In this document: one piece after another, positions 46,914 to 58,134 of the stretch
Numbering within the stretch: position 1 is the stretch's first letter
Layout: each line of letters starts with the position of its first letter
Assembly: GCA_000388065.2 (NCBI GenBank)
Contig: KB932201.1
DNA length: 64,000 nucleotides
From: Fonticula alba ATCC 38817
Lineage: Eukaryota; Protista; Nucleariida
Direction: 5' to 3' (one strand)
The notes under the pieces: generated by a model
Databases searched by the model: none
The model's input: only the letters and a program-made list of their open reading frames with translations
Told to the model about the DNA's origin: nothing
Position numbers and translations under genes: made by a program

Positions 46914-49067
46914 ATTGACTAAGTGCGGACTCTCTGCGTATTTGGGTGCGCGAATGGAGGAGACGGCAGGGGACCCCCGGGGGAAGAGACGGAGACGGAA
47001 GGCAGGGGGGTCAGAGAGTGATATGGGTCTCTACGTCTGTCGGGGACGGAAGAAGGGGGAGAGGAGAGGGGGAGAGGAGAGGGGGAAAGGGGGGGGGGGG
47101 GGGAGTCAAGGACGGAAAACAGGAAGAGAAGGCGAACACAGCCGACGGGAACCGGTGCAAAGGCATGGAGAAGGCCCAGACAGGGGAGGCGAGGGTGAGG
47201 GGGAAGGGGGAGAGACAGAGGGAGCATACAAGGTAGCGGGGAAAACCAGAGGGAAGGCACTCTGCTCGGGAAGGGAACGGCGGGGCCTCGTCGCCGGTCC
47301 ACAAAAAGATGTCCTTTGGCGTTGTGTGCCAAGAGAAGCAGGAGCTCGGGGCGACATTTCCCCCCCCCCCCCCCTCCCCCCTGCAAGGAAGAGGGGAGGG
47401 GCCACACACGCTCCAAACACACATGCATGTGCACCCCCGCCCACACACTGGCGTTCGCGCGGGAACCCACTGGACGTGGGGCTCGCTGGGCTGGGCGCGA
47501 CTCCCGCCCCCCCTTCCCCCCCCCCTCCCCCAGGGGGCGCTGGCGGGTAGACGCCACCTCAGAAAAGAGCCTTCTTCCTCGCGCCGCCCCCTTCGCCACC
47601 CCCGGGCATTCCCTCGGGCCGTTCAACCGGAGGGGGGGGGGGGGGGAGAAACAATAACACCTCCTGGAATAGCGAGGGAGAGAGAGAGAGAGATAACACA
47701 ATTGTCCATGTAAAAAAGGATGTTTGTTGCCAGGCTCTGTCGGGCGACAAAGCGCCGGGCCCGGAGGAAAGTGCCTCTACACATGTCACGGTGGCGATGG
47801 TGTCTCCGAGCAGGGAGACTCCAACCACAAATGAAAAACGCTCCGGCGCCTTCTCGAGAAGCAGCCCTCCGGCGCGTGTGCTCGGCGGTGTCAGCCCCGT
47901 CCGATTGCGGCGGAGTGTGCCGCCAGCGCCCCTTTCTCTCGCCCAACGTCGGGTGAGGCTCCGGGCGCGCGCGCGCGCGCGCGCACCCGGCTCCCCTCCG
48001 CTGGGAGCTCCCGTGGCCGCCTGAGCCAGCTTCCTTTCCAAGTCCTTGGGGCTGGCGAGGACGCCGAAAGCATGATCGGTCTCCTGGGCCCTTTGTTAAC
48101 AGGCCCCCCCCTCTCCCCGCCCCCTCTCTGCCCCGCCCGAAGGAGGACGGCCGGCCACGACCAGGTGGCTCAAATGCCCCCGGCACCGCCCTCCCCCTCC
48201 TCCGGCAATGCCGCCCCCAGGCGATGGCCGAAACGTACAAATCAACCCTTGCCGGTTTTGAGGGCCCGCCGCCTCTAGTGGCTAGAACCCAACTGTCAAA
48301 CATGCTCGGGACGACCGCCTGAGACCCATGCTCTCCCCGGTGGCCCTTCGTCTTACCTTCGCAAACGCCTGCTAGCACTCTCCTGTGGCGAGAAGTCTCC
48401 TCTCCCTCGCCCCCCCCCCCCCATGCTCTTCCCCAGGCGGAGAGGGGTTGTCCGGCCCCGCAGGATGCACCCCCGCCCCCCAACGACGGCCCGGCCACCT
48501 CGGGCGACTCTCGGCTCCGGGCCCGGCCCCATGCCCCTCACGCTTCATTCTCTGGGCCGCGGAACGCTGCCGAGCCTTGACAGACGCCCTAGGGTTTGAG
48601 CATGTGATTCTGACTGCCGGCGCATCGACAATACCTTCGCGCTTGCGTTGGGATGTGATGTTCCCCCCCATCCGAGGGCGCGCCGCCGGCTGGATGCACA
48701 CGACGAACACACCTCCCGCCGCGGCCGCCGTCTCCCCCCCCGACACACCCACACGAACGCGCCTCGGAGCCCGCTCACGACGGCGAATACGAATCCCTGC
48801 ATATAGGCCAGGCAGAGGAGGGAGAATGTACATTCTGCGAGGGAGAGGCAGAAGGGAGACGAGAAAGGCCTCTGCGTGTGCATGCACACATGCACGCACT
48901 CGGACATGGGAGTGATGGGATGATCAAATGCATGCTCAAAGACAGTCATATACACGCGCGCACACACACACCCACACACAAACATACGTGTGCCCAAGCA
49001 TGAGAAAAAGGGAAGAGAGGTCGATCCCCTGCCCGCCCCTCCGGTCACATGTGTTTTCTTCCCCTTG

Positions 49068-49991
49068 TCAGAGATCCTGCATGGAGTCCATGCTGTTGGC
49101 GGCCGTGGTGCTGGCCACAAGATGCGCCGCATGCGCCGATGAGGAGGAGGCATTTACCGAGGACAGGCGCTGGAAGGATGTGCTGGAAGAGGCGCCCGCC
49201 GAGGCGGTTGTGGCCCCGGAGTGCGAGGAGAGGCCGGCCACCGTGCGCGACCGCATGCCCGGGCTGCTGCCAGTCGACACGGCTCCGCCATCACCGAGGG
49301 TGCGCGATGGCCCGGTCATGGTGTTGATCGGCCGAGGGCCACCGCCAGGGACCTGCTGCCGGGCTGCCCCGGCAGAGGAACCCCCCCGGCCGGTGGCATT
49401 GCTGGACGAGCCAGAAATCGGTGGTGGCGGAGGTGGCGGGCTCATGCCCATCTGCTCATAGAAATCCGCCGTGGGCGGCTCAATCAGGAACTGCGGCACC
49501 AGACAGGGAACAGCCGTGGCAAAGCGAGCCAGGCGGTTGACCCAGCCCGGGGAGGGAGTCCCAGTGAGGAAGGTGGCGAACTCCGAGGCGAAGTGGTTGC
49601 AGTTTCTGGATGAAAGAACAAGGTCAGGCACTGTGGCCTCGCAGCAGCGAGAGAGAGAGAGAGAGANNNNNNNNNNNNNNNNNNNNNNNNNNNNNNNNNN
49701 NNNNNNNNNNNNNNNNNNNNNNNNNNNNNNNNNNNNNNNNNNNNNNNNNNNNNNNNNNNNNNNNNNNNNNNNNNNNNNNNNNNNNNNNNNNNNNNNNNNN
49801 NNNNNNNNNNNNNNNNNNNNNNNNNNNNNNNNNNNNNNNNNNNNNNNNNNNNNNNNNNNNNNNNNNNNNNNNNNNNNNNNNNNNNNNNNNNNNNNNNNNN
49901 NNNNNNNNNNNNNNNNNNNNNNNNNNNNNNNNNNNNNNNNNNNNNNNNNNNNNNNNNNNNNNNNNNNNNNNNNNNNNNNNNNNNNNNNNNN

Positions 49992-50022
<31 letters not shown>

Positions 50023-50502
50023 GAGACGGAGGGCGGGAAGGGGGAAGAGGAAATGGGATACATACCGGCCGATCAGACTGTACTGCGAACCAGTGTATAG
50101 GGTGGAGCCCATCTCATCGAGGTAGGCGATGATTTCCGCGTCCGAGAGGGAGGTGTACCCCATGAGGATGGATTCGCGATAGACAGCGCCCTCGATGTTG
50201 CGAGGGGGGCACTCGAAGATGCCGGTCGAGTTGTAGGGGTGCCCGCCGAAGCAGAACTCCCGGTCCAAGATTTGTACCCCCGAGTGGAAGACACCAAGGC
50301 CGATGTGATACAGGGGCTGGTTCTTTGAGAAAAGATCGTAGACATTCAAGAAAACCGGTCGCCCGGATTGAGGGCCATTGGCTGGGGCGCCGGCTGGCCG
50401 GTGGAGGGCGTCCGCCCCGGGGGCCGGCGTCGGTCCGGTGCCCTTCACCCGTTGCGAGTACGAGTCATCGGACACGCGGCCACGGCTGAGAGTATAAGCC
50501 AT
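49068..50502 (-). CDS. DESI2: PPPDE/DeSI-family deSUMOylase/deubiquitinase, 2 exons (50502-50066, 49605-49068)
   Basis: PVFLNVYDL...GLGVFHSGVQI...FGGHP...GIF...YSLIGR|NCNHF...PGWVNRLA; catalytic His and Cys are present. Confidence 0.92.
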
Positions 50503-51149
50503 GCCAGAGAGGAGGGCGATCGCCGAGAGCGAGGCGACTGGTGCGGCATGTCAGCATGTGAGAAGAAGGGGACAGGGCATGGTGTCGGCGCGACGTACCA
50601 ACAAGAACAGAGGTGGAGCTCGAGGACCCCGGAGAGGCGTCACGGAGGAGTATGTTGGCGGGGCCGCAGGGAGAGGGGCCAAGCTGAAGCAAGAAGTGTG
50701 GACGTGTGGAGGAAGAGGAGGGGCAGGAGAAGCGGGAGGAGGACGAGGAGGACGCTGGCGCGAGATCGCCGCCCGGCGATGGCACAGGCCCGGCGGCGGA
50801 AAAATGGACGGCCCCGCACCAGCTACCTCCCTGCCCCGGATGTGTCCTCGGTCCGGTCCTCAGCTCCACGGCTGGTGTGCCAGATCTCGGCTGCGGATGC
50901 GCGGGGATGGGCCCGGGGGCCCCTTGCTCGGGAAGATTGTTCGGCGGCGCTCCGCCCGGGAATTCGCCGCTGCGACCGGCTCCAGGGGTGGAGCGTGCCT
51001 GCCACTTATTTCTCAGCACCAATGAGCGCCACCAGCGTCGAGGATGCCCGTCCGCACTGACCGTCCCCCGCCCGAACCCCTGCGGGAAGGCCAATCCCCG
51101 GTGCTCCCTGTTCAAGGCAGGGGTGGAGCGTGTGCGTCCCCCGGACTTG

Positions 51150-51193
<44 letters not shown>

Positions 51194-52653
51194 GTGTGTG
51201 TGTGTGTGTGTGTCCGTGTGTCGGTATGCCTTCCAGCACTGGGCCCGGGGGGGGGGGACCAGTCGAAGAAGAGCAGAGGCGGGCCTCAAATCGGCCGGCC
51301 GCGGTGTACATCCACCGGGCCCGCCCTGGCGCCAAGAGAATGTGGCTGACCACCAGGGAGGGTGTCAGGTCCGGGGGGGGAAACAGCGCCCCTGTTCCCC
51401 CGCCCCCGCCCCGTGCGCCCCCGCACCTGAACGAATGGGAAGAAGGTCGATTGGTGTCTCGACCAGACTGATGGGGGGCGGGGGTGGCACCGGAGCCTGG
51501 CGACCGGGAGACTTCCCGCGTCTGCCCGCGCACACCACGGCAGCCCCCGCCACCCCGGGGGGGGGGGGGGGGGGAACCGCGGGGTGCTGACCCGGAGAAA
51601 CTGACCCCGCTTCGGAACTCCAATCAGAGAAGACACAAGAGGGGGGGGCATGTAGGCGGAAACATGTGCGCACGCCTCCCCCCCCCCCCGCCCCCCAGTC
51701 TGCCCGTGTGCTGTTGGGGAAGCACCTGCCCCGCCCCGGTTCCCCGTGGGGCCGGGCCGGAGGATAACAAGCGATCAACCCGACCACCGCTCGGTCATTT
51801 GGAGGGGCATGGGCGCCAGCGCCCCGGCAGGGTACCCAGGTTTCTGGGCCCCGGGCTGCAGATCGAAGCACCCGCGCTGGGAGAACTATCTGCTCGCCTC
51901 TCTGCGCCACAGGGCCGGAAGATTATGGATTTCATGTCTCCAGAGCGTGGCGGTCTGCACGCCGGGCCCTTGTCGCCGCCGCCGCCGCCGCCGCTGCCGC
52001 CGCCGCCACTGCAGAGCTTGTAGACAGGGCCCGGCGCCCGGGAGGGTCAGACGTTCGCATGAGACTAAGTGACGTAACTCTCTTTAGCCAATCCACCTGA
52101 CACCTGGGTCCGGGCGACCCGGGAAGGAGATACAAGGTGCAGGCGTCGTGATGGACGCGTGCCCGATGGCCAGGTCCCACCAGCAGGACCGCCCCGAGCA
52201 AACAAAGGGCCGGACCGCCGAAGTCCCGGCCCCGGCGCGCAGACTCCCCCCCCTTCTCCCGAGCCCGGAGGGACACGACGGCACTCTCGGGCATTGCCTC
52301 GAACCAGGTCTTGTGCTTGTATCGCAGATCTTCCGGATCGGGATTTCTGGTTTCACAGCCCCCTCTGGGGCGTGAATACAAAAGGGCCGAGGGGGGAAAA
52401 GGGCAAGGAGGGCAGTGTATTGGGCATGGCCTCAAAGTGAGGAGAAGGAGGCGGGGCACAATCGAACAGCCCTGCTCTCGGGCAGGCGGGCAGCAGGGGC
52501 GCCAAGCAGGGCGGGAGCGACTCCCCCCCTGGGCGTGGATGTGATCTCTGCGTCAGGCAGAGGGAGGGAGGGAAGGAAAAAAAAAACGCCGAAACACATT
52601 CATGTGTGAGTGGGGGGGGGGGGGGGGGGGCAATGACAAACACCACATGCGAC

Positions 52654-54162
52654 TCAGGCGGAGTGTCCGCCATGGGAGCGGCCCGGGGCACGTCCTTCGC
52701 AGCGGCACCCGGCCAGCGCCTGCTCCAGGTGGCGAACACGCTGGCGCAGGCGATCCACGGTCTCCCGGAGATTTCGCTGTTGCAGGTGCTTATTTTCGCG
52801 GCACCGGCGTGCGGCAATGCGGTTCTTCGTTTGACGAACCTGCGCCCGACGAATGCGCTCACCCAGCTCCGGCAGCGACCGGGCGGTGAAGCTCTTGGCA
52901 GCCGGCAGCGGCATGGTCCGGGCGATGCTGACCGACCCCGGGCCCGAGGGCGCCTGCAGGGAGCCCTCCCGCTGAGCCAAGGGCCCAATGGCGTCATACA
53001 GGGCGAGGAAGTCCGCGGCCTTTGGGGTGGTGAATTCGAAAAAGCGCCCGGGCCCCGTGCCGGCTGCGCCGGCGGTCGCAACGACCGACCGTCGAATCGG
53101 AATTCGCAGACGCCCAGCCACCACCACGCTGTCCGAGAAAATGGCAATGTCACAGGGCAATAGCGCCAAGGGCCGGCCAGCCGGGCGCCCAGTGTCCCGC
53201 AGAGCCTGGCTGATGGCCTGGCCCACCTCCTCGGGCGATGGGCCCAGGCCACCGGTCAGATCGGGTGTGGATCTTGGTGAAGAGGTGGCCTCCCGGTCGA
53301 GATCTGTCCACCAGTCGACATCGTCTTTGTCCGGGGCCGGAGCCGGGACACCACGCTTGAGAGCGGGGGCGAAGCGTGCACGCTTGCGACCGGCATCGGT
53401 GGCAGCCGGTGCCGTATGAGGCCGCAGGGCCGGCGAGCTGGCCGGTGGGGAGGTGGATTCATAGGCACCCAGCCGGTGGGATGCCGGTGGGGTGGTTGGA
53501 TTTTCCGGCCATATCCGCGTGCTGCCGCCCTCCAACTTGATGAGATCCTGCACTTCGTCGCAGTTGCTGGAGGCTGAGGCGAAATCCGCCTCCAGAGCCA
53601 CATCCAGGCCGGGCCCGACCTGCTGGGGATCGGCCTTGGCCATGGCAGGAAAAGATCCCCGCTCCGGCGGGGATCGACCAGCATCCTCCTCCGCCTTGCT
53701 GTGCCTCCGGTGCTCCGGCTCCTGGCCTTCCTTGGCCACCTCGTCCGGCCCGTCCGCCTCGCTTGCCTCATCTGCCTCGTCGTCCGCGGTGACGGTACTT
53801 TCCGCGGATCCCGTGGCCCCCGCGGACAAGCAAGCCTCCTCGCCCATGTGGCTGTCCATTGGAGTCGACGAATCCGACGGCGATGCGGCAGGTGGGCAGA
53901 ATATCAAACTAAAAGCCTCCCCCGGGCAGGGCACCTCCATGTCGATAACCGGTGCGGTCGGGGCGGACATCCACGACATCCCCCGGGGATGGGAGAAAGT
54001 GCGCTGGAAAAGGTACTGGAAGTCCGTGAGCGACTGGTGCGAAGGGCAGGCCGCCGTTGAAGCCGGCCCGGCAATCTGACTCGACAGGCGCATGGCTGTT
54101 CCAGAGACCGAGCGGCACATGGAGATGCGCGCGCGAATGTCAGAATGGCTTGAACTTCGCAT
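52654..54162 (-). CDS. bZIP transcription factor with long low-complexity N-terminus; start uncertain (first ATG 54162)
   Basis: Basic region RQTKNRIAARRCRENK (N-x7-R) followed by heptad leucines LRETVDRLRQRVRHLEQAL. Confidence 0.85.
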   Translation of the reverse strand: MRSSSHSDIRARISMCRSVSGTAMRLSSQIAGPASTAACPSHQSLTDFQYLFQRTFSHPRGMSWMSAPTAPVIDMEVPCPGEAFSLIFCPPAASPSDSSTPMDSHMGEEACLSAGATGSAESTVTADDEADEASEADGPDEVAKEGQEPEHRRHSKAEEDAGRSPPERGSFPAMAKADPQQVGPGLDVALEADFASASSNCDEVQDLIKLEGGSTRIWPENPTTPPASHRLGAYESTSPPASSPALRPHTAPAATDAGRKRARFAPALKRGVPAPAPDKDDVDWWTDLDREATSSPRSTPDLTGGLGPSPEEVGQAISQALRDTGRPAGRPLALLPCDIAIFSDSVVVAGRLRIPIRRSVVATAGAAGTGPGRFFEFTTPKAADFLALYDAIGPLAQREGSLQAPSGPGSVSIARTMPLPAAKSFTARSLPELGERIRRAQVRQTKNRIAARRCRENKHLQQRNLRETVDRLRQRVRHLEQALAGCRCEGRAPGRSHGGHSA

Positions 54163-56276
54163 GAGCCCGGGGAGAAAGTGCACTTGAGCAGGGCTATATC
54201 ACGGACACTCGAGTCGAGGCGGCCAGGCATTTTGGGTACTATTTTGGGGGAGAAACCAACTCCCGGTGCTCGGAAGTTCGCTTTGGCTCAGGATTGAGGC
54301 TTGCGGATCCTGCTCTGTTGGGAGGCACACTCGAGCGGTGAGTCAGGAGAGATGACCAGGGGGGGAGGGGGGGGGGGGGGGGGGAGAGAGAGAGAGAGAG
54401 AGAGAGAGGAGGGTGATCGGTATCGATCGGGCGCGATGGGGGGGAGTGGAAATCCCGCGACGGGGGGACGCACCGAGCAGGACCGAACGGTCGCATGTCA
54501 TGAGGGTCGCCATCCGGCCGAAGGCATCCGGCTGAGCGAGGGACTCGTGCTCCGGACCCGAATCGATCTCAAGGGCCCGGGTGTCAAGAAGTTGGCTGCT
54601 CATGTTGGTGTTTCTGAGAGGAGGGGGAGGGGGAGCCGATGCCGCCGCCGCTGGCGTTGCCGTTCAGAGGCTTGGAAGACAAAGAAGATGCAGGAAGATC
54701 GCGCACGGGAGGGGAGGAAAAGGTGGGGAAAGTCAACCGCACAGGCATGTGCTTGCTGGTCATGGCCAGGGACCGGCTGCCGTGGTCTAGCATGCTCCCC
54801 AAAAAGACCGAGATACGCGAGCGGAATGCCGCGATGCCCGGCCAGGCTCGACAACGGACGTCGGGGGATCCGGCGGCCGAGGACATGCAAGAGGAGAATC
54901 CAGGCCAACCGAGTGCCTCAATCTCGCCCCTTCACCGTGGGCTTGGCCTCGGCCTGGCCCTGCCCCTGGTCGGTCCCTCGCCCGCTCCAAGAGCGGAGAG
55001 GGCCGGACGTCCTCCGGTGGCCTGGTGGCTACATCGTCTGCTCGGCATCCGAGATCGGTCTAGTGGCCCCCCCCNNNNNNNNNNNNNNNNNNNNNNNNNN
55101 NNNNNNNNNNNNNNNNNNNNNNNNNNNNNNNNNNNNNNNNNNNNNNNNNNNNNNNNNNNNNNNNNNNNNNNNNNNNNNNNNNNNNNNNNNNNNNNNNNNN
55201 NNNNNNNNNNNNNNNNNNNNNNNNNNNNNNNNNNNNNNNNNNNNNNNNNNNNNNNNNNNNNNNNNNNNNNNNNNNNNNNNNNNNNNNNNNNNNNNNNNNN
55301 NNNNNNNNNNNNNNNNNNNNNNNNNNNNNNNNNNNNNNNNNNNNNNNNNNNNNNNNNNNNNNNNNNNNNNNNNNNNNNNNNNNNNNNNNNNNNNNNNNNN
55401 NNNNNNNNNNNNNNNNNNNNNNNNNNNNNNNNNNNNNNNNNNNNNNNNNNNNNNNNNNNNNNNNNNNNNNNNNNNNNNNNNNNNNNNNNNNNNNNNNNNN
55501 NNNNNNNNNNNNNNNNNNNNNNNNNNNNNNNNNNNNNNNNNNNNNNNNNNNNNNNNNNNNNNNNNNNNNNNNNNNNNNNNNNNNNNNNNNNNNNNNNNNN
55601 NNNNNNNNNNNNNNNNNNNNNNNNNNNNNNNNNNNCACATGAATACTACAAAATTGAAACCCACGTTCATCCACACCCATCCAGTAGGAATTCCACGGAG
55701 AGGAGATGGAAAAGGGCGTGCATACATTCAGCAGCAGGGAACAAAAAAAGGAAGAGTGAGAGGGGATTTTGTATTTTCGGTTTTGAGGTCGGTGCCCATT
55801 TGCGTGAGCACACATACTGCAACGATACTCAGGCATGTAACCATATGTGGAGCGATAAAACGGAGACGACCAGCGCCTGCAAAGGAGCATATCCTTCAGG
55901 GAACACATCAGCTCCCTGTCCAAATTCGGCACCTCGCCAATGGTGCTGAGGCGCAAAAAGAGCACAGGGCAGAACGCTTCGTGGGGCTGTGACGCAGGAT
56001 GTGCAAAGAAAGAGAGGCGCAATGGATGGAATCGCAAGACACTGTCCCCTTCTTCAGGCTTCCCCCGCACTCCGCCCCCTTCGCCTCAAGAGGGAGGGGC
56101 GGCAGGCCCTAGACTTGGGAGCAAGCTGGACACAGAGCAGTCAACGAAGAGAGAGAGAGAGGGGGGGAGAGAAAGGAAGAAGAGGCAGGTCCCAGCGAGA
56201 CATGCGGAGTGCTGCGCAATACACGCATTCACGCGCGCACACACACACACACGCACACACACACACACATGTGCGC

Positions 56277-57307
56277 TTAGTAGTTGCTGAGAAGCAGGCG
56301 AGAGATGATCATGCGCTGGATCTGAGAGGTGCCCTCGTAGATCTGGAAGATCTTGGCGTCACGCATGAGCTTCTCCACCGGGTACTCGGTGTTGTAGCCG
56401 TTGCCGCCGAAGATCTGGACGGCATCGGTGGCGTTCTTGTTGGCAACGTCACTGGCCAGGGCCTTGGCAATGGAGGCGTAGTAGGTGTTGCGGCGACCCT
56501 GGTCGATCTCGTAGGCAGCGCGCCAGACGGCCAGACGGGAAGTCTCAACACCAATGGCCATGTCAGCCAGCATGAAGGCGACGGCCTGGTGCTCGGAGAT
56601 GGGCTTGCCCATGGTCTTGCGCTCGAGCGAATAGCGAGCCGCCTCGTCCATGGCACGGCGAGCCACACCGACAGCCCCGGCGCCAACCAGCGGGCGGGTG
56701 ATGTCGAAGGCACCCATGGCGATCTGTCGGGATGGGTGGCAAAGGCAGAGGTCGATGGAAGCGATGGCGAGGGGGAGGGGAGGGGGGGAGGGGGAGGGGG
56801 AGGGTGTTAGGCGCTTCAAAAGGGGCAGGGCGCCCCCCGCCAGGCATGCTTGAACGCCGTGGGGCGAGGGGCGAGCACCGAGCACACTGGGTGGAAAGGA
56901 AGGACGTACCTTGAAGCCCTCGCCCTCGGCACCAAGGCGGTTGCAATCGGGAACAACCACATCCTCGAAGGTGATGCCGCGGGTGTCGGAGCACCGCTGG
57001 CCCATGTTCATCTCCTTGCGGCCGACAGTGATACCCGGGGTGTCCTTGTCGACGATGAAGCAGGTGAAGGCGCGCCCGGCGTTGGCGTTCGGGTCGCTGC
57101 GAGCCAGGACATAGTACCAGTTGGCCACGGAGCCGTTGGTAATCCACATCTTCTGGCCGTTGATGACCCACTCGTCGCCCTTCTTCACGGCAGTGGTCTT
57201 GATGCCAGCGACATCCGAGCCGGCAACTGGGGGAGCAGGAGTGCGCAGGAGGATGTCAGAAAGAGCAGGGTGGACATGTCCCGGAATGCCGCAGTCAACG
57301 GCGTCGG

Positions 57308-57386
<79 letters not shown>

Positions 57387-58134
57387 CGGAAAAGCCGGGG
57401 AGATGAGACCGGTGCGCGTGCTGCACGTACCGGGCTCAGTGACGCAGTACGCGGCCATCAGGCACTCCTCGGTCATGCGGCCGAGATACTTCTTCTTCTG
57501 CTCGTCATTGGCGGCCAGGATGAGCGGGGCCTCGGCCAGGTTGTTGCCCTCGATGGCGGTGGAGATACCGGAGCAGCCATAGGCCAGCTCCTCCGAGAGG
57601 ATGGCGCCGTCCAGGGCACCGAGACCAAGGCCACCATACTCAGCGGGAATGTGGGTGTTCATCAGGCCGGTCTCCCAGGCAGCCTTGACGATATCCCAAG
57701 GGTACTTGGCTGCGGGAGGGGGGTGGGGGGGGGGGGGATAGGATAAGTCAGCACTGAGTGCAGGGCGCGCAACAGGGGGAGCGGGGGGCACGGGCGAACC
57801 ACCAATGTGCAAGGTGAAGCGCCACACGAAACGCACCGCTCTGGTCATACTCGCGGGCATTGGGGATGATGTGGTCGGCGGCGAAGCGACGGGCGGTCTC
57901 CTGGAGCTGGCGCTGCTCGTCGGTCAGGTCGAAGCACAGGCCAGAGCTGGAGTAGGCACGCGCGGCGGTGGCGGTGGCGGTGGAGGAGGCGGTCTATGGG
58001 GATGTGCGGGTTAGAGAGGAAGACGATGGCGGTGACAAGTGTCAAAGCCGCCAACAAGGGCGGGCACGGGAGGAGGAACGCACGGCGCCGGCGGGGGAGC
58101 GCGCAGCCAGGCGGACAAGCGAGCGGGCAAACAT
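56277..58134 (-). CDS. ACADM: Medium-chain acyl-CoA dehydrogenase, mitochondrial, 5 exons
   Basis: Presequence [17 protein letters not shown]; [18 protein letters not shown]; YCVTEP|GAGSDVAG; [11 protein letters not shown]; [22 protein letters not shown]; [22 protein letters not shown] (catalytic Glu in IYEG, as in MCAD). Confidence 0.95.
57309..57386 (+). repeat. 78-nt G homopolymer (poly-C on the sense strand) in an ACADM intron
   Basis: Counted directly from the sequence. Confidence 0.85.

Noticed and set aside
47760-47860. GAGGAAAGTG resembling RNase P/MRP CR-I
   Set aside because: No matching P4 partner strand or other conserved regions downstream.
48585-48597. AAACCCTAG telo-box-like motif
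   Set aside because: Single imperfect copy; no telomeric array or template context.
55618-56070. AT-richer patch with open frames after a gap
   Set aside because: Lies just downstream of the ACADM stop and is best explained as 3' UTR/terminator DNA; no recognisable protein motif.
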